Part shown: positions 1 through 11,400 of the stretch, in pieces
How positions within the stretch are numbered: the stretch's first letter is position 1
How the letters are laid out: each line of letters starts with the position of its first letter
Source: Candidatus Eiseniibacteriota bacterium
GTDB taxonomy: Bacteria > Eisenbacteria > RBG-16-71-46 > CAIMUX01 > VGJL01
Assembly (NCBI GenBank): GCA_041946735.1
Contig: JBHGAY010000017.1
Coordinates: 56,009-120,008 of the forward strand
Length of the DNA stretch: 64,000 nt
Reading direction: 5' to 3'
The notes under the pieces: generated by a model
Databases searched by the model: none
Told to the model about the DNA's origin: nothing
Seen by the model: only the letters and a program-made list of their open reading frames with translations
Made by a program: the position numbers and the translations under genes

Positions 1-1
1 G

Positions 2-742
2 GAGGTTCACGATGTTCTGTGTCGAGGGCAGATCGCGCGTGAAGCGGCGGTTCCCCTGGGCATCGAACGCCGAGATGCGGTAGTGGACGAAGGCGTTGCC
101 CAGGCTATGCGGGCCCCATGCCTCCATCGTCCCGTCGCCATCGGGGTCGGCGAGCACGAAGGGGACGTCGAGCGCGTTCGAGTAGTCATCGATCGCGTGC
201 TGCGGGAACGCGCCGATGTTGCTCCCGTTCGCCTCACGGCCGTTCCAGCACCACATCATGATCGCGCCGTAGTACCAGTCCCTCTCGGACCAGAGAACCT
301 CCACGTCGCCGTCCCCTTCGAGGTCGGCGACGGACGGGCCGGGCTTCTGATCGTTGGTCCCGTATCCCATCGCGGACTGCTCGGTCGTCGGCCAGCCCGG
401 CAGGAAGGTGCCGTCGCCGCGCAGACCGAAGGTGTCGCCGCCGGTGAGGAAGATCTCGGCCGCGCCGTCGCCGTCCACGTCGGCGAGGGTCGGGGTATAC
501 GGGAACCCCGCGCCCGGCGCATGCAGGTTCACCGGCCAGCCGCGCGCCGGTGGAGATTCGCCCGCGGGCGGCGAGCCGGCGGCTGTCAGCGTCACGGCGG
601 ACGCCCCTTCGACCGCATCGCCTGCGGGCGGGGCTGACGTGCGAAGGGAAGAAGGGGGACCGGCTGCCGCCACGGCGCAGGCGAGCGCGAGCAGGAGCGG
701 AAGCGCGAAAGCGACGCGATGGGATGGGACACGACGGTGCAT
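2..742 (-). CDS. Secreted FG-GAP/VCBS-repeat protein (runs off the window edge)
   Basis: Not in the ORF track; hand-translated from ATG 742 (RBS AAGGAGG upstream). Signal peptide MHRRVPSHRVAFALPLLLALACAVAAA, then repeats ADVDGDGAAEI, ADLEGDGDVEV, ADPDGDGTMEA and GWP motifs. Confidence 0.8.
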   Translation of the reverse strand, partial: MHRRVPSHRVAFALPLLLALACAVAAAGPPSSLRTSAPPAGDAVEGASAVTLTAAGSPPAGESPPARGWPVNLHAPGAGFPYTPTLADVDGDGAAEIFLTGGDTFGLRGDGTFLPGWPTTEQSAMGYGTNDQKPGPSVADLEGDGDVEVLWSERDWYYGAIMMWCWNGREANGSNIGAFPQHAIDDYSNALDVPFVLADPDGDGTMEAWGPHSLGNAFVHYRISAFDAQGNRRFTRDLPSTQNIVNL

Positions 743-897
743 CGGCGACCTCCTTGAAGAGCGTCCAGAGCGTCCCAGGTTGATTTCGTCCGCGGCGTAT
801 TCTAGCACATCGCGTCACAAAGAGACCGCCCCAAGCTGGAGCGGTCTCTCGTCTCTCGTCTCGCGTCTCTCGAGGCGGATGAGCAGGTCCTATTCCA

Positions 898-3800
898 CTA
901 TTCCAGTAGCAGCATCTTGCGTGTCTGCCCGTCGCTCCCCGCCTCCAGCCGGTATAGGTAGATCCCGGAGGGAAGGGAATGGCCCGCGTCGTCCCGGCCG
1001 TCCCAGGTGTAGGCATGCGAGCCGGCTTCCAGAGACCCGTCGACCAGGCGGCGAACCTCGCGGCCGGTCACGTCGAAGACAGAGAGGCGGGTTGCGCCGG
1101 CACGCTCCAGGCTGAAGCGGATCGTCGTGCGCGGGTTGAACGGGTTCGGCTGGTTCTGCGAGAGGGCGAAGGACACGCCGGCGAGCGAGGCGTCGTCCTG
1201 CGCGTCCGCGACCCCGATTCCCGTAAAGATCAGCTCCACGTCGTCGACGCCGGCTTCGACGATCGACGCCGTTCCCTCGTCCGAGGCGATGAAGCGCACG
1301 CGAACGAGCCCCGTGTAGGAGATGATCGAGGAGAGATCGAACTCCATCAGCCGCCAGCTTCGATCGCTCGTCCTCGTGTTCTCCAGGTCGTGCCACGTTT
1401 GACCGTCGTCGTCGGTGATCTGGACGATCCACGGATCCTCCCGCGGTCCGGTCCCGGTGTCGTTCGTGAACCAGCGGTGATAGCGCAGGATCGCGACCCC
1501 CTCGCCGGACAGCGGGAGGATCGGGGTCGTCAGGGTCGTCCTGCCGCCGTCCACGTCGTTGGCCGTTTGGTTGTCACCGGGCGCCGACTGGCCGGTGATC
1601 CACGCGTTCGCTCCCGGATCCGGCGTGTGATCGTCTTCGGGCTGGACCGGCATCAGGCCGCTCCATGTCCCGTTCGGATCGACGCGCTCCCAGATCCCGG
1701 TGTCCGCGTCGTCGTCCGCAGATCCGATCGTCCAGCCATGGTCCGCCTCCATGTCGTCGAGGAAGACCGTGACGGTCGGGGCGACATAGAAGGTGAACAG
1801 CTCCTGTGGGGCCTCGGGCGGATCGGTCGCTTCGTTGTCTCCCGCGTCCCGGGCGAGGACGTAGAACTCCACCTTCGTTCCCCAGCTCTGGCCGGGGATG
1901 TAGCCGCGGTAGTTCACTCCGCCCAGGCCGTTCATCGTCAGCTGGGTGAAGGCGCCGCCGTCGATGCGGTAGTAGACGCTTGCCTCGTCGAGCGGCGAGC
2001 CGTCCTGGATCGTCGCGTGCACGGCGTAGGGGCCGATCGTGTCGTTCGTGGTCGGCACTGTCACGGTGCTGATCGACGGGGCGGTGACGTCGGTGAGGGC
2101 GAAGTCGATCTGGACCGTCCCGCCCGCGGTCACCTGCACCGCCTCGACCGTGTCCGGCTCGAACCCGGAATGCGATGCGACCAGCGTGTACACCCCGGGC
2201 ATCTCGTTCGCCTGGTACGTTCCGTTGACGATCGAGTGGTACTCGTGGCCGTTCTCGAGGACGGTCACCGCCGCTCCCGAGAGCGGGATGTTGTCGGCCG
2301 AGGCGTTGCGCACCACGCCGTGGATGACTCCGTAGAGGACCTCGCGGGTGGGAACGAAGCGGATCGCCCGGTTCGCGCCCAGGTTGGCGGCCCCCGCCCC
2401 GTACCGGTTGAAGAAGGTGTAGAGCAGGCCGACCGATTGGTCCTTGTTCTCGATGCCGACCGTCGCGTAGCCGTCGACTGCATCCACGTTCGCGATCGTG
2501 TTGTAATGGAACTCGATGATTCCGTCCCCGGTTTCCGTCTCGTGGAATGCCGGATCGTACAAGATCGCCTCGAACGTCTCGATCGAGCTGTAGTTGTACA
2601 TGTTCCGCATGTGGCTCCACTCGATGATCCATCGATGGTTCGCCTGGTCGTAGCGCTGGAAGACCTTCCCACCGTTGTATTGCGAGAGATCGTCCCAGAA
2701 CGGAGCGATCATCGCTTCCGGACCTCCCGCTCCGGGGATCGTCCAGTTGCGGTACTCGTGGTTGTAGGTCGCCCCCATGGCGAGCCAGCCGTTCGAGCAG
2801 ATCGTCGCCCGCGTGTAGGTGTCCCCGTAGTACTGGAACGGGAACGGGACGTCGACGACGCGGGACTTGTCCTGGTAGTCGCCGTTGTCGCCGAGCACCA
2901 CTTCCGTCCCAGTGCCTCCGTAGGCGGGATCGAGCTCGACCCAGGAATAGACGGGCGCTTCGGGATAGGCGACATCGGTGTCGTCGAAGGCGTAGTAGCC
3001 GTACGCGTCCGGCCCGGTCGGATCGTCGGTCGATCGAGTCCCGATCGGCAGCGAAATCTCGGTCGTGTCGGTGGCCCCGCCGTTGAAGGAGAGGATCACC
3101 TGCAGGCGCGCCTCATATCCCTGGAAGCAGTCCGCGGCGGCATGGATCGCGAAGGTGTTCGAGCTGTTCATCCCGTTGCCGTCGACCGGGATCGCGGGGA
3201 ATGCGCCGTCGCCGTCCGGGACGTCGACGAACTCGCTGAGCGAGAGGAGCATCGCCGTGATCGACGAGGCGGGGAAGCCGCCCTGGTTGACGAGGCGGAT
3301 CGCGAGCTGGCCGGTTTCGCCGGGATCCATCTGGGCGTTGCCGCCGACGTTCGACAGCTCGATCGTCCCGTCCCATACGAGATCGGCGGAGACGACCGGA
3401 AGCTCGAGCATGCTGTGCCAGTGATCGCTCCCGGACGTGACGTCGATTCCGAATCGTAGCGTGACTCCGTCCTGGCAGATCGTATCGACACGGAAGTCGA
3501 AGTCGTCTGCGCACCAGGCCGAGCCGCCGCCGGGAATGTTGCCGAAGGTCTCCGAGTCGTCGATGACCTGCACGCGCGGATCGTCGCAGGTGAGCTGCGC
3601 CGTCACGTCGTTCGCCGTCTGCGGCCCGAAGTTCCGGAGCTGCACCCGCAGCTCCACGGTCTCTCCCGGCTCGATCTTCGCGTCGCCGTTGCCGTTGCTC
3701 TCGCCCGTGGCGTCGTCGTCGAGCGCCGTGGCGGCGAGCGCGACGTAACGGTTCTGGTTCACGACCGGAATCGTCTGCTCATAGGCGTGCCGGTCGTGCT

Positions 3801-5739
3801 TCGTGACGGTCAGCAGCATGTCTCCGGGAGTCGCGGTCGTGATCGGGATCTCAACGATCCCCTGGGCGTCGGTGACGCCAACCGCGTGCGTCTCGGTTCC
3901 CTTCCAGAGACACACTTGCGCCCCCTCCGACGGGAGTCCGTTCTCACGCACGGTCACGGTGACCGAGTTCGCCCCGGCGGGAATGCTCGACGGCGCGGTG
4001 ACCTGGAGAGGCTCGGGGAAGGCGGTCCAGCAGGGGACCGCGGGATCCCCCATGAGATTGTTCCAGTGCGACCAGATCGTGACGTGGTTCGGGTCGACGA
4101 GCTGGTAGTTGAGGAACATCTCCATCTTGCCGCGGGTGAGCGCGGCGCCGAGGTTGTAGGCCCCTTCGTAGAGCAGTCCGTAGTAGATGCCGTAGGTGAT
4201 GCAGTTGTTGTAGCGGGTGTGAGTGCCGGTCGTCGCCGTGCCGATCGCGCCGATCGCCGCCTTCGGGCTCGTCGCGCTGCCGGCCCGGAGGAAGGCCTCC
4301 GAGCGGCAGGAGTTCGTCGAGTAGAACGATCCCGTGTCGCAGGTGATCGTCACGACGAACGGCATCTTCCAGCCGTTGGTCAGGTTGTAGGTGTTGGTGT
4401 TGCTCCAGCCACTCATTCCCTGGATGCCGCGGTAACAGAAGATCGTGTCGCCGCGGTTCATCGCGGTGGCCATCTGGCTCACGAACGGGCTGTTGAATAC
4501 GGTGTCGATCTGGGCGTATCCCAACTGGCGCAGCCGAATCTTGATCCATTGCTGCACCTGCACGGTGCTGTAGCCGGAGTCGTACGGGTCGCCGACCAGA
4601 CAGGCGCGCGTGAACCAGCCCGGATCGCTCGTGTCCGGCGTCCTCTCGTAGCCCAAGATCTTCGCGACGATCGTCTCCAGCTCGGTCAGCGAGGAGAAGG
4701 AGAGGCGTCCCACATGCGCGTCGGCAAGGACGTCGTTCCCCTCGAGCTGCACGTAGGGGTGGTCTCCCTCACCGTGATATCCCGAAACGTCCTCGAACCA
4801 GGTCGGGACCGGGTAGCCGCCATAGGCGTCGCCCGCGATCACCACGTACTCGGGCGGGTCTTCCCAGGTGTCGTACGCTTCCTGGATGTAGCTCTTGATG
4901 GCGCTGTTGGTGCTTCCGATCTGCGCCGTCGTCACCATGACCGCCTTGTATCCCTCGCGCATGCGCCAGTCCACGAGCGGTTGCAGGCGGCTCGTGAGGT
5001 TGGTGTCGCTGCCGCACACCAGGATCCAGGAGCCGGGACGCACTTCGAGGCCGCGCAGCGCCTGCTCGTGGTTGATGACGAGCTCCTGGTACATGCGGGC
5101 GAAGCTCGGCGGGATGGAGCGATGGTGGCGCGTCTTGACGTTCTCTTCGCTCGATCCCTGGAACGACACCTCCACGCGGATGGTCGAGGCGACGGAGAGC
5201 GACTGACGGGATGGGTCGTAGCGCACCGGGCGGAAGGTGATCGGCACGAGGCGCAGCTCGCGGCTGATCGCGGGCGCGCCGACCGACACGGCAGGCTCTT
5301 CGCCGTACCCTTGCCGCCCGTAGGCCGCGCCGTCGAAGGCGAAGCCGGCCTGCTCGTCGTCCTCCTGCATCGGGACCAACGGGAATCCTTCGACCTCCAC
5401 CTCCCCTTCGCGCCGGGCACTGACGTTCACGCCGGCGCGGTCGGGAATCGCGAGGAACCGGGTGAAGGTGGGAATGGCCGGCTGGCCCGGATTCCCTTCC
5501 AGTCCACCGCCCGGAATCGCGGCCGAGAGGAAGGAGCGCTCCCCGGCGCGCAGTTCCTCCACTGAGAGAACCGGCAGCTCGAAGTCGAGGACGAGCCCGG
5601 ACTCGGTCGAAGACACCACCCGGATCGTGGGCAGATCGTCCGGGCCGACTGCGGTGGGATTCAGGAGTTCCGTCGAGGCGAGAGCAGGAATTGAGGAGAG
5701 CAGGAAAACGGACGTAAGAACGCCCAGGACGAGGCGCAT
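898..5739 (-). CDS. Gingipain-like C25 family protein with propeptide, accessory domains and C-terminal FlgD/T9SS-like domain
   Basis: Signal peptide MRLVLGVLTSVFLLSS, GRLS and NLMGDP C25 motifs, TITCDTG Cys, C-terminal QNQPNPFNPRTTIRF...WDGRDDAG..LPSGIYLYRL. Confidence 0.85.
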   Translation of the reverse strand: MRLVLGVLTSVFLLSSIPALASTELLNPTAVGPDDLPTIRVVSSTESGLVLDFELPVLSVEELRAGERSFLSAAIPGGGLEGNPGQPAIPTFTRFLAIPDRAGVNVSARREGEVEVEGFPLVPMQEDDEQAGFAFDGAAYGRQGYGEEPAVSVGAPAISRELRLVPITFRPVRYDPSRQSLSVASTIRVEVSFQGSSEENVKTRHHRSIPPSFARMYQELVINHEQALRGLEVRPGSWILVCGSDTNLTSRLQPLVDWRMREGYKAVMVTTAQIGSTNSAIKSYIQEAYDTWEDPPEYVVIAGDAYGGYPVPTWFEDVSGYHGEGDHPYVQLEGNDVLADAHVGRLSFSSLTELETIVAKILGYERTPDTSDPGWFTRACLVGDPYDSGYSTVQVQQWIKIRLRQLGYAQIDTVFNSPFVSQMATAMNRGDTIFCYRGIQGMSGWSNTNTYNLTNGWKMPFVVTITCDTGSFYSTNSCRSEAFLRAGSATSPKAAIGAIGTATTGTHTRYNNCITYGIYYGLLYEGAYNLGAALTRGKMEMFLNYQLVDPNHVTIWSHWNNLMGDPAVPCWTAFPEPLQVTAPSSIPAGANSVTVTVRENGLPSEGAQVCLWKGTETHAVGVTDAQGIVEIPITTATPGDMLLTVTKHDRHAYEQTIPVVNQNRYVALAATALDDDATGESNGNGDAKIEPGETVELRVQLRNFGPQTANDVTAQLTCDDPRVQVIDDSETFGNIPGGGSAWCADDFDFRVDTICQDGVTLRFGIDVTSGSDHWHSMLELPVVSADLVWDGTIELSNVGGNAQMDPGETGQLAIRLVNQGGFPASSITAMLLSLSEFVDVPDGDGAFPAIPVDGNGMNSSNTFAIHAAADCFQGYEARLQVILSFNGGATDTTEISLPIGTRSTDDPTGPDAYGYYAFDDTDVAYPEAPVYSWVELDPAYGGTGTEVVLGDNGDYQDKSRVVDVPFPFQYYGDTYTRATICSNGWLAMGATYNHEYRNWTIPGAGGPEAMIAPFWDDLSQYNGGKVFQRYDQANHRWIIEWSHMRNMYNYSSIETFEAILYDPAFHETETGDGIIEFHYNTIANVDAVDGYATVGIENKDQSVGLLYTFFNRYGAGAANLGANRAIRFVPTREVLYGVIHGVVRNASADNIPLSGAAVTVLENGHEYHSIVNGTYQANEMPGVYTLVASHSGFEPDTVEAVQVTAGGTVQIDFALTDVTAPSISTVTVPTTNDTIGPYAVHATIQDGSPLDEASVYYRIDGGAFTQLTMNGLGGVNYRGYIPGQSWGTKVEFYVLARDAGDNEATDPPEAPQELFTFYVAPTVTVFLDDMEADHGWTIGSADDDADTGIWERVDPNGTWSGLMPVQPEDDHTPDPGANAWITGQSAPGDNQTANDVDGGRTTLTTPILPLSGEGVAILRYHRWFTNDTGTGPREDPWIVQITDDDGQTWHDLENTRTSDRSWRLMEFDLSSIISYTGLVRVRFIASDEGTASIVEAGVDDVELIFTGIGVADAQDDASLAGVSFALSQNQPNPFNPRTTIRFSLERAGATRLSVFDVTGREVRRLVDGSLEAGSHAYTWDGRDDAGHSLPSGIYLYRLEAGSDGQTRKMLLLE

Positions 5740-5904
5740 CAGAGCTTCCTCCGGTTGCGGCACCTGGTTGTGCGGGCGGAATGGGCCGACCGCGGACGTC
5801 ACAAAGAACCGGACTCTATTCTACCGGATTGTCAGCGCCGGTGATAGAAGGTGACGGGCCGGCGCGTTCCCGGAGGTTGGGGATGCGAGGCAGGGGAGCG
5901 GAGG

Positions 5905-6711
5905 CTAGGAGACCGAAGTGGACCTGGGCAGGGAGGTCACGATCGCGACCCCGGCGCTCGTTCCGATCCGATCCGCCCCGGCGGCGATCATCCGCAGCGC
6001 GTCATGGAGCGTGCGGATCCCGCCCGAAGCTTTGACGCCGAGCGCGGTCCCCGCTTCGCGGCGAAGGAGCTGGACGTCCTCGACCGTCGCGCCGCTCGGC
6101 CCGAAGCCGGTCGAGGTCTTCAAGTAGCTCGCTCCCGCTTGCGTCGCGAGGGCGGCGGCGCGGACCTTCTCGCTATCGGTCAGCCGGGAGGTCTCGAGGA
6201 TGGCCTTGACGACCCGCCCGCCCGCCGCGCGCACGACCGCCGTGACGTCGGCCCGCACGGCCTCGTCCGACGCCGTCCCCGAGCGGACCAGGCCGGCGGG
6301 CAGCACGACGTCCAGCTCCACCGCTCCATCCTCGACCGCGCGCGCCGCCTCGAACGCCTTCGCGTCGCTTCTGTGCATCCCACTCGGGAATCCGATGACG
6401 GTGACCGCGGCGATGCCGGTCGCCTCCAGGCGGGCGGCGACCCGGGAGACGTAGACCGGTGAGACGCAGACCCCGACGAAGCGATGGCGGATCGCGCTCT
6501 CGCAGAGCGCCTCGATCTCGGAGATGGTGGCGGCGGGGGAGAGCAGCGTCTCTTCGATTCGAGAACGCAGCAGGTCCGACAAGCGGGCGAGGGCGGCTTC
6601 CGGAAGGTGCGAAGCGAGAGCGTCCCCCCGGGCAAGGATCTCGGCCGCTTCGCTCGCCAGGCGCCTCTCCTCGCCGGTGGCGATCCGGATGACGGGACGG
6701 CCTGCGCTCAC
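5905..6711 (-). CDS. deoC: Deoxyribose-phosphate aldolase
   Basis: VCVSP, TVIGFPSG, ELDVV, VKAILET, LKTSTGF and VKASGGIR motifs. GTG start overlaps the upstream stop (GTGA). Confidence 0.9.
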   Translation of the reverse strand: MSAGRPVIRIATGEERRLASEAAEILARGDALASHLPEAALARLSDLLRSRIEETLLSPAATISEIEALCESAIRHRFVGVCVSPVYVSRVAARLEATGIAAVTVIGFPSGMHRSDAKAFEAARAVEDGAVELDVVLPAGLVRSGTASDEAVRADVTAVVRAAGGRVVKAILETSRLTDSEKVRAAALATQAGASYLKTSTGFGPSGATVEDVQLLRREAGTALGVKASGGIRTLHDALRMIAAGADRIGTSAGVAIVTSLPRSTSVS

Positions 6712-7229
6712 GCCCCGCCTCTGCTCCGGCGCCGTGATTGCGGCCGGAACTCGACGAACGCCTCCGGGAGCAGATCCGAGAGCTTCCCGGCTCCTCGCTG
6801 CCGCCGGGCCGTTCCCCACCGGATCTCGAGATCCTCGCCGCCCGCCTCGAGCAGCCGTTGCAGGCAACTGCCGCAAGGAGCGGCTGCCCCGCGAGGGGGC
6901 GGACCGATCAGCACGAGGCGTCGCGCGCCTGCCTTTCCCCCGGCGAGCCGGAGGGACGCGAGAGCGCCGGTCTCCGCGCAGATCGAGCCGGCGGGCAGGT
7001 CGTCGATCGAGATGGAGACCCCAGAGAATCGCGCCCCGCTCGCGTCCTCGATGCAGGCGCTCCAGCGCGGCCGGCCCAAGGAGCGGGACAGGATCGCCGC
7101 CGCCTCCGCTACGAGGGGCAGCCAATTCGCCGGCCACCCGGCGGATGAGGAGGCCGCACCGCCTGCCGGCCCGCCGTGGGACTTCCCTTGCCCGTGCCCG
7201 TTCACGTCTCCGCTGACGCTCACGCTCAT
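6708..7229 (-). CDS. cdd: Divergent cytidine deaminase-family protein
   Basis: C-terminal part of ORF 6708..8261: zinc motifs ICAE and PCGSCLQ, terminal LSDLLPEAF. ATG overlaps the dusB stop (ATGA) and the gene lies next to deoC. Confidence 0.7.
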   Translation of the reverse strand: MSVSVSGDVNGHGQGKSHGGPAGGAASSSAGWPANWLPLVAEAAAILSRSLGRPRWSACIEDASGARFSGVSISIDDLPAGSICAETGALASLRLAGGKAGARRLVLIGPPPRGAAAPCGSCLQRLLEAGGEDLEIRWGTARRQRGAGKLSDLLPEAFVEFRPQSRRRSRGGA

Positions 7230-8350
7230 GCCCACGCCTGTGCTTGCGCTTGCGTTTGCTCCCGCTCTTGCTCTTGCTCTTGCGCCTGCGCCTGCGCCTG
7301 CTCCTGCGCCTGCACCCCCCCTTGCTTCCGCGCCAGCTCTCCCTCCTGCTCCTGCGCCTGCTCTCCCGCCTGTTCCTGCGCGGGCCACGCGAGGAATCGA
7401 TCGAGGACCGCCCGCACCCCTTCCACGCTCGTCTCCTGCATCGCCGCCGCGCGCAGCTCGGCGATGTGCGGGGCGCCGCGCAGGATCTGGCTCAGGTGCT
7501 TGCGGCTCTCCACGAGCGCCTTGCGCTCCCCCTTGTCGGGGATCGTGTCGTGCAGTTGCTCCCAGTAGACGGCGACCTGCTCCGCGCGCCCCGGCGGACC
7601 GGGGTCGACGCCGGTCTCGAGAAAGCCTCGAGCGCGGCGGAAGATCCACGGGTTGCCGATCGCCGCCCGGCCGATCATCACCCCGTCGCATCCGGTCGTC
7701 TCCAGCATCCGCTTCACGTCTTCGGGAGACCGCACGTCTCCGTTGCCGATCACCGGGATGGAGACCGCCTGCTTCACGCGCCCGATCCACTCCCATGCCG
7801 CCTCGCCCTTGAACATCTGCTGTCGCGTCCGAGCGTGCAGCGTGAGCGCCGCAATCCCCATGTCTTCCAGGCGGCGGGCGAGATCGACGATCAAGATCGA
7901 GTCGCAATCCCAGCCGAGCCGGGTCTTCACGGTAACGGGAAGACCGACGGCCTGCACGACCGCGCGCGCCAGCGAGAGCAACCGTTCCGGCTCCCTCAAG
8001 AGGCCCGACCCGGCGCCGCCCTTGCAGGCGACCTTCTTGGCCGGGCAGCCGAAGTTGATGTCGATCAGGTCGGGGCCGGCCGCTTCCGAGAGGCGAGCCG
8101 CCTCGACGAGCGCCTCCTCCCGGTTGCCGTAGATCTGGATCGCCACCGGATGCTCGTCGTCCGCGAGCCGGATCTTGCCATGGCTCTTCGCCGCCTGGCG
8201 GATGAGCGCTTCGGAGGAAACGAACTCGGTCGTGACGAGATCGGCCCCGAGCCGCCGGCAAACGCGCCGGAACGGCCTCTCGGTGACGTCCTCCATGGGA
8301 GCCAGAAGCAGCGGGGGACGGTCGAAGCTGAGCGAGCCGATCTTCACCAT
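7226..8350 (-). CDS. dusB: tRNA-dihydrouridine synthase B with Q/A/E-rich tail
   Basis: LAPMEDVT, IDINFGCP, VTVKTRLG, LHART, IGNGDV and GVMIGRAAIGNPWIF motifs. Confidence 0.92.
   Translation of the reverse strand: MVKIGSLSFDRPPLLLAPMEDVTERPFRRVCRRLGADLVTTEFVSSEALIRQAAKSHGKIRLADDEHPVAIQIYGNREEALVEAARLSEAAGPDLIDINFGCPAKKVACKGGAGSGLLREPERLLSLARAVVQAVGLPVTVKTRLGWDCDSILIVDLARRLEDMGIAALTLHARTRQQMFKGEAAWEWIGRVKQAVSIPVIGNGDVRSPEDVKRMLETTGCDGVMIGRAAIGNPWIFRRARGFLETGVDPGPPGRAEQVAVYWEQLHDTIPDKGERKALVESRKHLSQILRGAPHIAELRAAAMQETSVEGVRAVLDRFLAWPAQEQAGEQAQEQEGELARKQGGVQAQEQAQAQAQEQEQEREQTQAQAQAWA
7230..7385. repeat. Degenerate hexamer repeat encoding the QEQAQA tail of DusB
   Basis: Runs of GCTCTT, GCGCCT and GCTCCT units on the + strand. 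Confidence 0.75.
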
Positions 8351-8432
8351 AGATCGGGATCCTACCAAATCGGGCGGCTCTCGCCCCTCTTCGCCGGGCC
8401 GCCCTCGCCGGATGCTCCTCGCCGGCCGGAGC

Positions 8433-11400
8433 TCATCGGGCGATGACGACCCTCGCCTCTCGCGCTCCTCCCGGCCCGGACACACGGACGAAGTAGACGC
8501 CGCTTGCCACCGCTCCTCCGCGCGAATCCTCCCCATCCCAGCGGACGATCTGAGGCCCCGCGGCCGTGACCGTCTCGACCTCGCGCACCCTGCGTCCGGC
8601 CACGTCGAACACCTCGACGCGGGTCGGTCCCCCGGGGAGGGCCCGGAAGAGGATGTCGACGGCGGAGGCCGAGGGGTTCGGGTAGGCGGAGGGCCGGTTC
8701 AGGGTGAGGTCGGTGCCCCTGGGAAGGACTTCGCGCAGGATCCATTGATCCGGATCGAGCGCGATCGAGTCGGGGGAGAAGGGAAGCGAAGCGAGCGAGA
8801 AGACCTCCGAGCGGCGGCCGACGAAGATCGTCCTCGACAGGCTGTCGCCGGCGCCGAAGAGGCGGACCTCGAGCGGAAACGCGAAGATCTCCGGCGGCGA
8901 GGAGTCGGGGGCCCCGTGCGGGTAGGAGATCGGATCCTGCGTCTGCCGCACCACCAGGCGGACTGCCTTCGTGCCTGCGTCACCGGAGGCGTCCCAGTCC
9001 CACGCGAGGATCGGGCGGCCCGTTCCATAGAGCCACGGATCGAAGAACCAGCGGAGATCGCGTCCCGCGGTCTCCTCGACCGCGCGGACGAAGTCGGGCG
9101 TCGAAGCGTTCCCATACGCGTATTGACCGTAGTACTCGTGGAGCGACTCGAAGAAGGCGTCGCGACCGAGGACCCCGCGAAGCATGTGCAACACCCAGGC
9201 GCCCTTGTCGTAGGTCGTCGATCCGAACGGATCGTCCGGCTCGACGACGCTCCCGTCGTACTCGATGTCGACCTGCAAGCGCCTGCGGTGCATCCAGGCG
9301 CGGTAGCCGGCATCGCCTCCGCGCGACTCGGCGAGGAGCGCCTCGGCGTACACGGCGAAGCCTTCGTTGAGCCAGATATCGTCGAGCGCTGCCGGCGTGA
9401 CCGAGTCTCCCCACCACTGGTGCGCGATCTCGTGAGCGAGGGTCCAGTCGAAGCGGTTGTCGCCGGTCACGAAGCCATAGCCGTAGGAGATGCAGGTCTG
9501 ATGCTCCATCGCGCCGGATCGCCAGGAAAACTCGGCAACCCCCAGCTTCTCGGTCGCCGCTCCCGGCCGGCCTGCACGGCGGAACGGGTACGGACCGAAG
9601 AGCGTCTCGTAGAGACGGAGCACCTCGTGCGTCGCGGCAAAATCGACCCGCGCCTTCGCGGAGTCCTCGGGGAAGGCATAGAAGAGGAGTGGCAGGGAGT
9701 CGCCGTCCGCGGCTCGGAAGACCTCCTCCCAGTGGGCGTAGTCCGTCGCCGCGATCGAGACGAGATAGGGAGCGATGGGGTACGCCGTCTCCCAAGAGGT
9801 GAGCGTGCGTCCCTCGCCGCCCGCCTCGCTTCGCACTCTGTTCCCGTTCCCCGCCACCACGAATTCGTCCGGCAGATCGACCGTGACCGAGACGAGCGCC
9901 TTGTCGTCGAAGCGGTCCTTGCACGGCCAGAAGGTGTGGGCCCGATCCGGCTCGCTGAGACTCGCAACCGTCGGGAAAGCATTCCCTTCCGGTCCATGGC
10001 TCGAGAAGAACTCGAAGTTCGCGAAGTAGGGATCGCCGGGCGTCCCGTGGTAACGCAGCCAGACCTCGCCTTCCGCCCCGGGATTGACCGGTGAGGGCAG
10101 GGCGATCTCGATCCGCTCGGGATCGGGGCGCGAGAGGCCGCAGGGGGCTCCGCCGCTGGCCGCCGAATCCGCGACGAGGGTCGGCCCGAAATCCAGCACC
10201 ACGCTCTCCATCTCGGTATTCGCGAGGAACCGGAGCCGGACGGCTCCCGATAGTGAGCGGGCCTCGGGGTCGATGCGCAGCGACAGGTCGTAGCGGAGAG
10301 CGTCGTACTCGTCGGTCGGATCGGACGCGCCTTCACGGGCGACTCGGGGCCGAGTGGACGGTCCGGCGGCCGGCTTGGCGCGCCCGGGATCCTCCACGCG
10401 GGCCGCATCCCCGGTCGCATCCGAAGGGAATCGCGGCGAAGCGAACGAAGGGGAGGCCGATCCGAGCGCGAGCGCGGCGAGCAGCGCGAGAGGTAGCGTC
10501 AACGTCCGGCTCCCTCGAAAGGATCGAGTCCGTCGCGGCAGCGGGGGAGGATCCTGCGCTCGGGTCGCGGCCAGCTCCTCGCGCGCCTCGGGGAGCTTCT
10601 TCCGCAGGCTCTCCCGAAGACCGGCCAGACCGTCCGAGGCGGCGGCGATCTTCACCGCGGAGGGAGCGAGCAGCCTGCAGAGATTCCAAAGGTCGTCGCG
10701 ATGGACCACCTCGGGAGCGATGCGATTCTCCGCTCCCATGTTGTGGTAGTTGCCGAGAGGGAGCGCGAGAGCGCCGGCCGCATAGCCGAACGCCTGGAAG
10801 GCGGTCGCCTCGCACACGCCACCATCCATCAGGCCGCGCTGATAGCGGAATCCCTTCGCGGCCTTCGCGGCCTTTGCGCCCTTCGCGTCGTTCGCGTCCT
10901 TCGTCAAGGCGTCGGCCGTCTCCTGAAGCGCGCGGCTGATCCCCGGATCGAAGACCGATCGACGGTCCCCCACGCGCACGATCGGCCCCATTCCCATCCG
11001 GCCGCAGGGCAGCTCCTTGCTGGTTTCGAGCGAAACGATCGCAGTCTCCTTGGACAGCGTCCCTTCCTCGGCCAGGATGCAGGCGCCGAGAAGGCCCTCC
11101 TCTTCGGCCCTCGTGAAGACCCCCCATACCTCGACCGGCGGCCGCTCTTCGGCCAGGCGGCGGAACAGATGAAGGATCGCCGCACAACCGATCAAGTCGT
11201 CGGCGGACTTCGTTCGAATCCAGGGGCCGTCGGTCTCGAACGGGACGAGGTCCCATCCACCAATGGCGCCGGCCGGCACCTCGCGCTCCAGGAGAAGCTC
11301 CAGCGACGCGATCCGTCCCGACGGTCCCCGCAGCGCGCGACGGACCACGCCGCGTACCGGCCCTTCGGCCGTCTCGACGCGAACGGCCGCGCCTCGGAAG

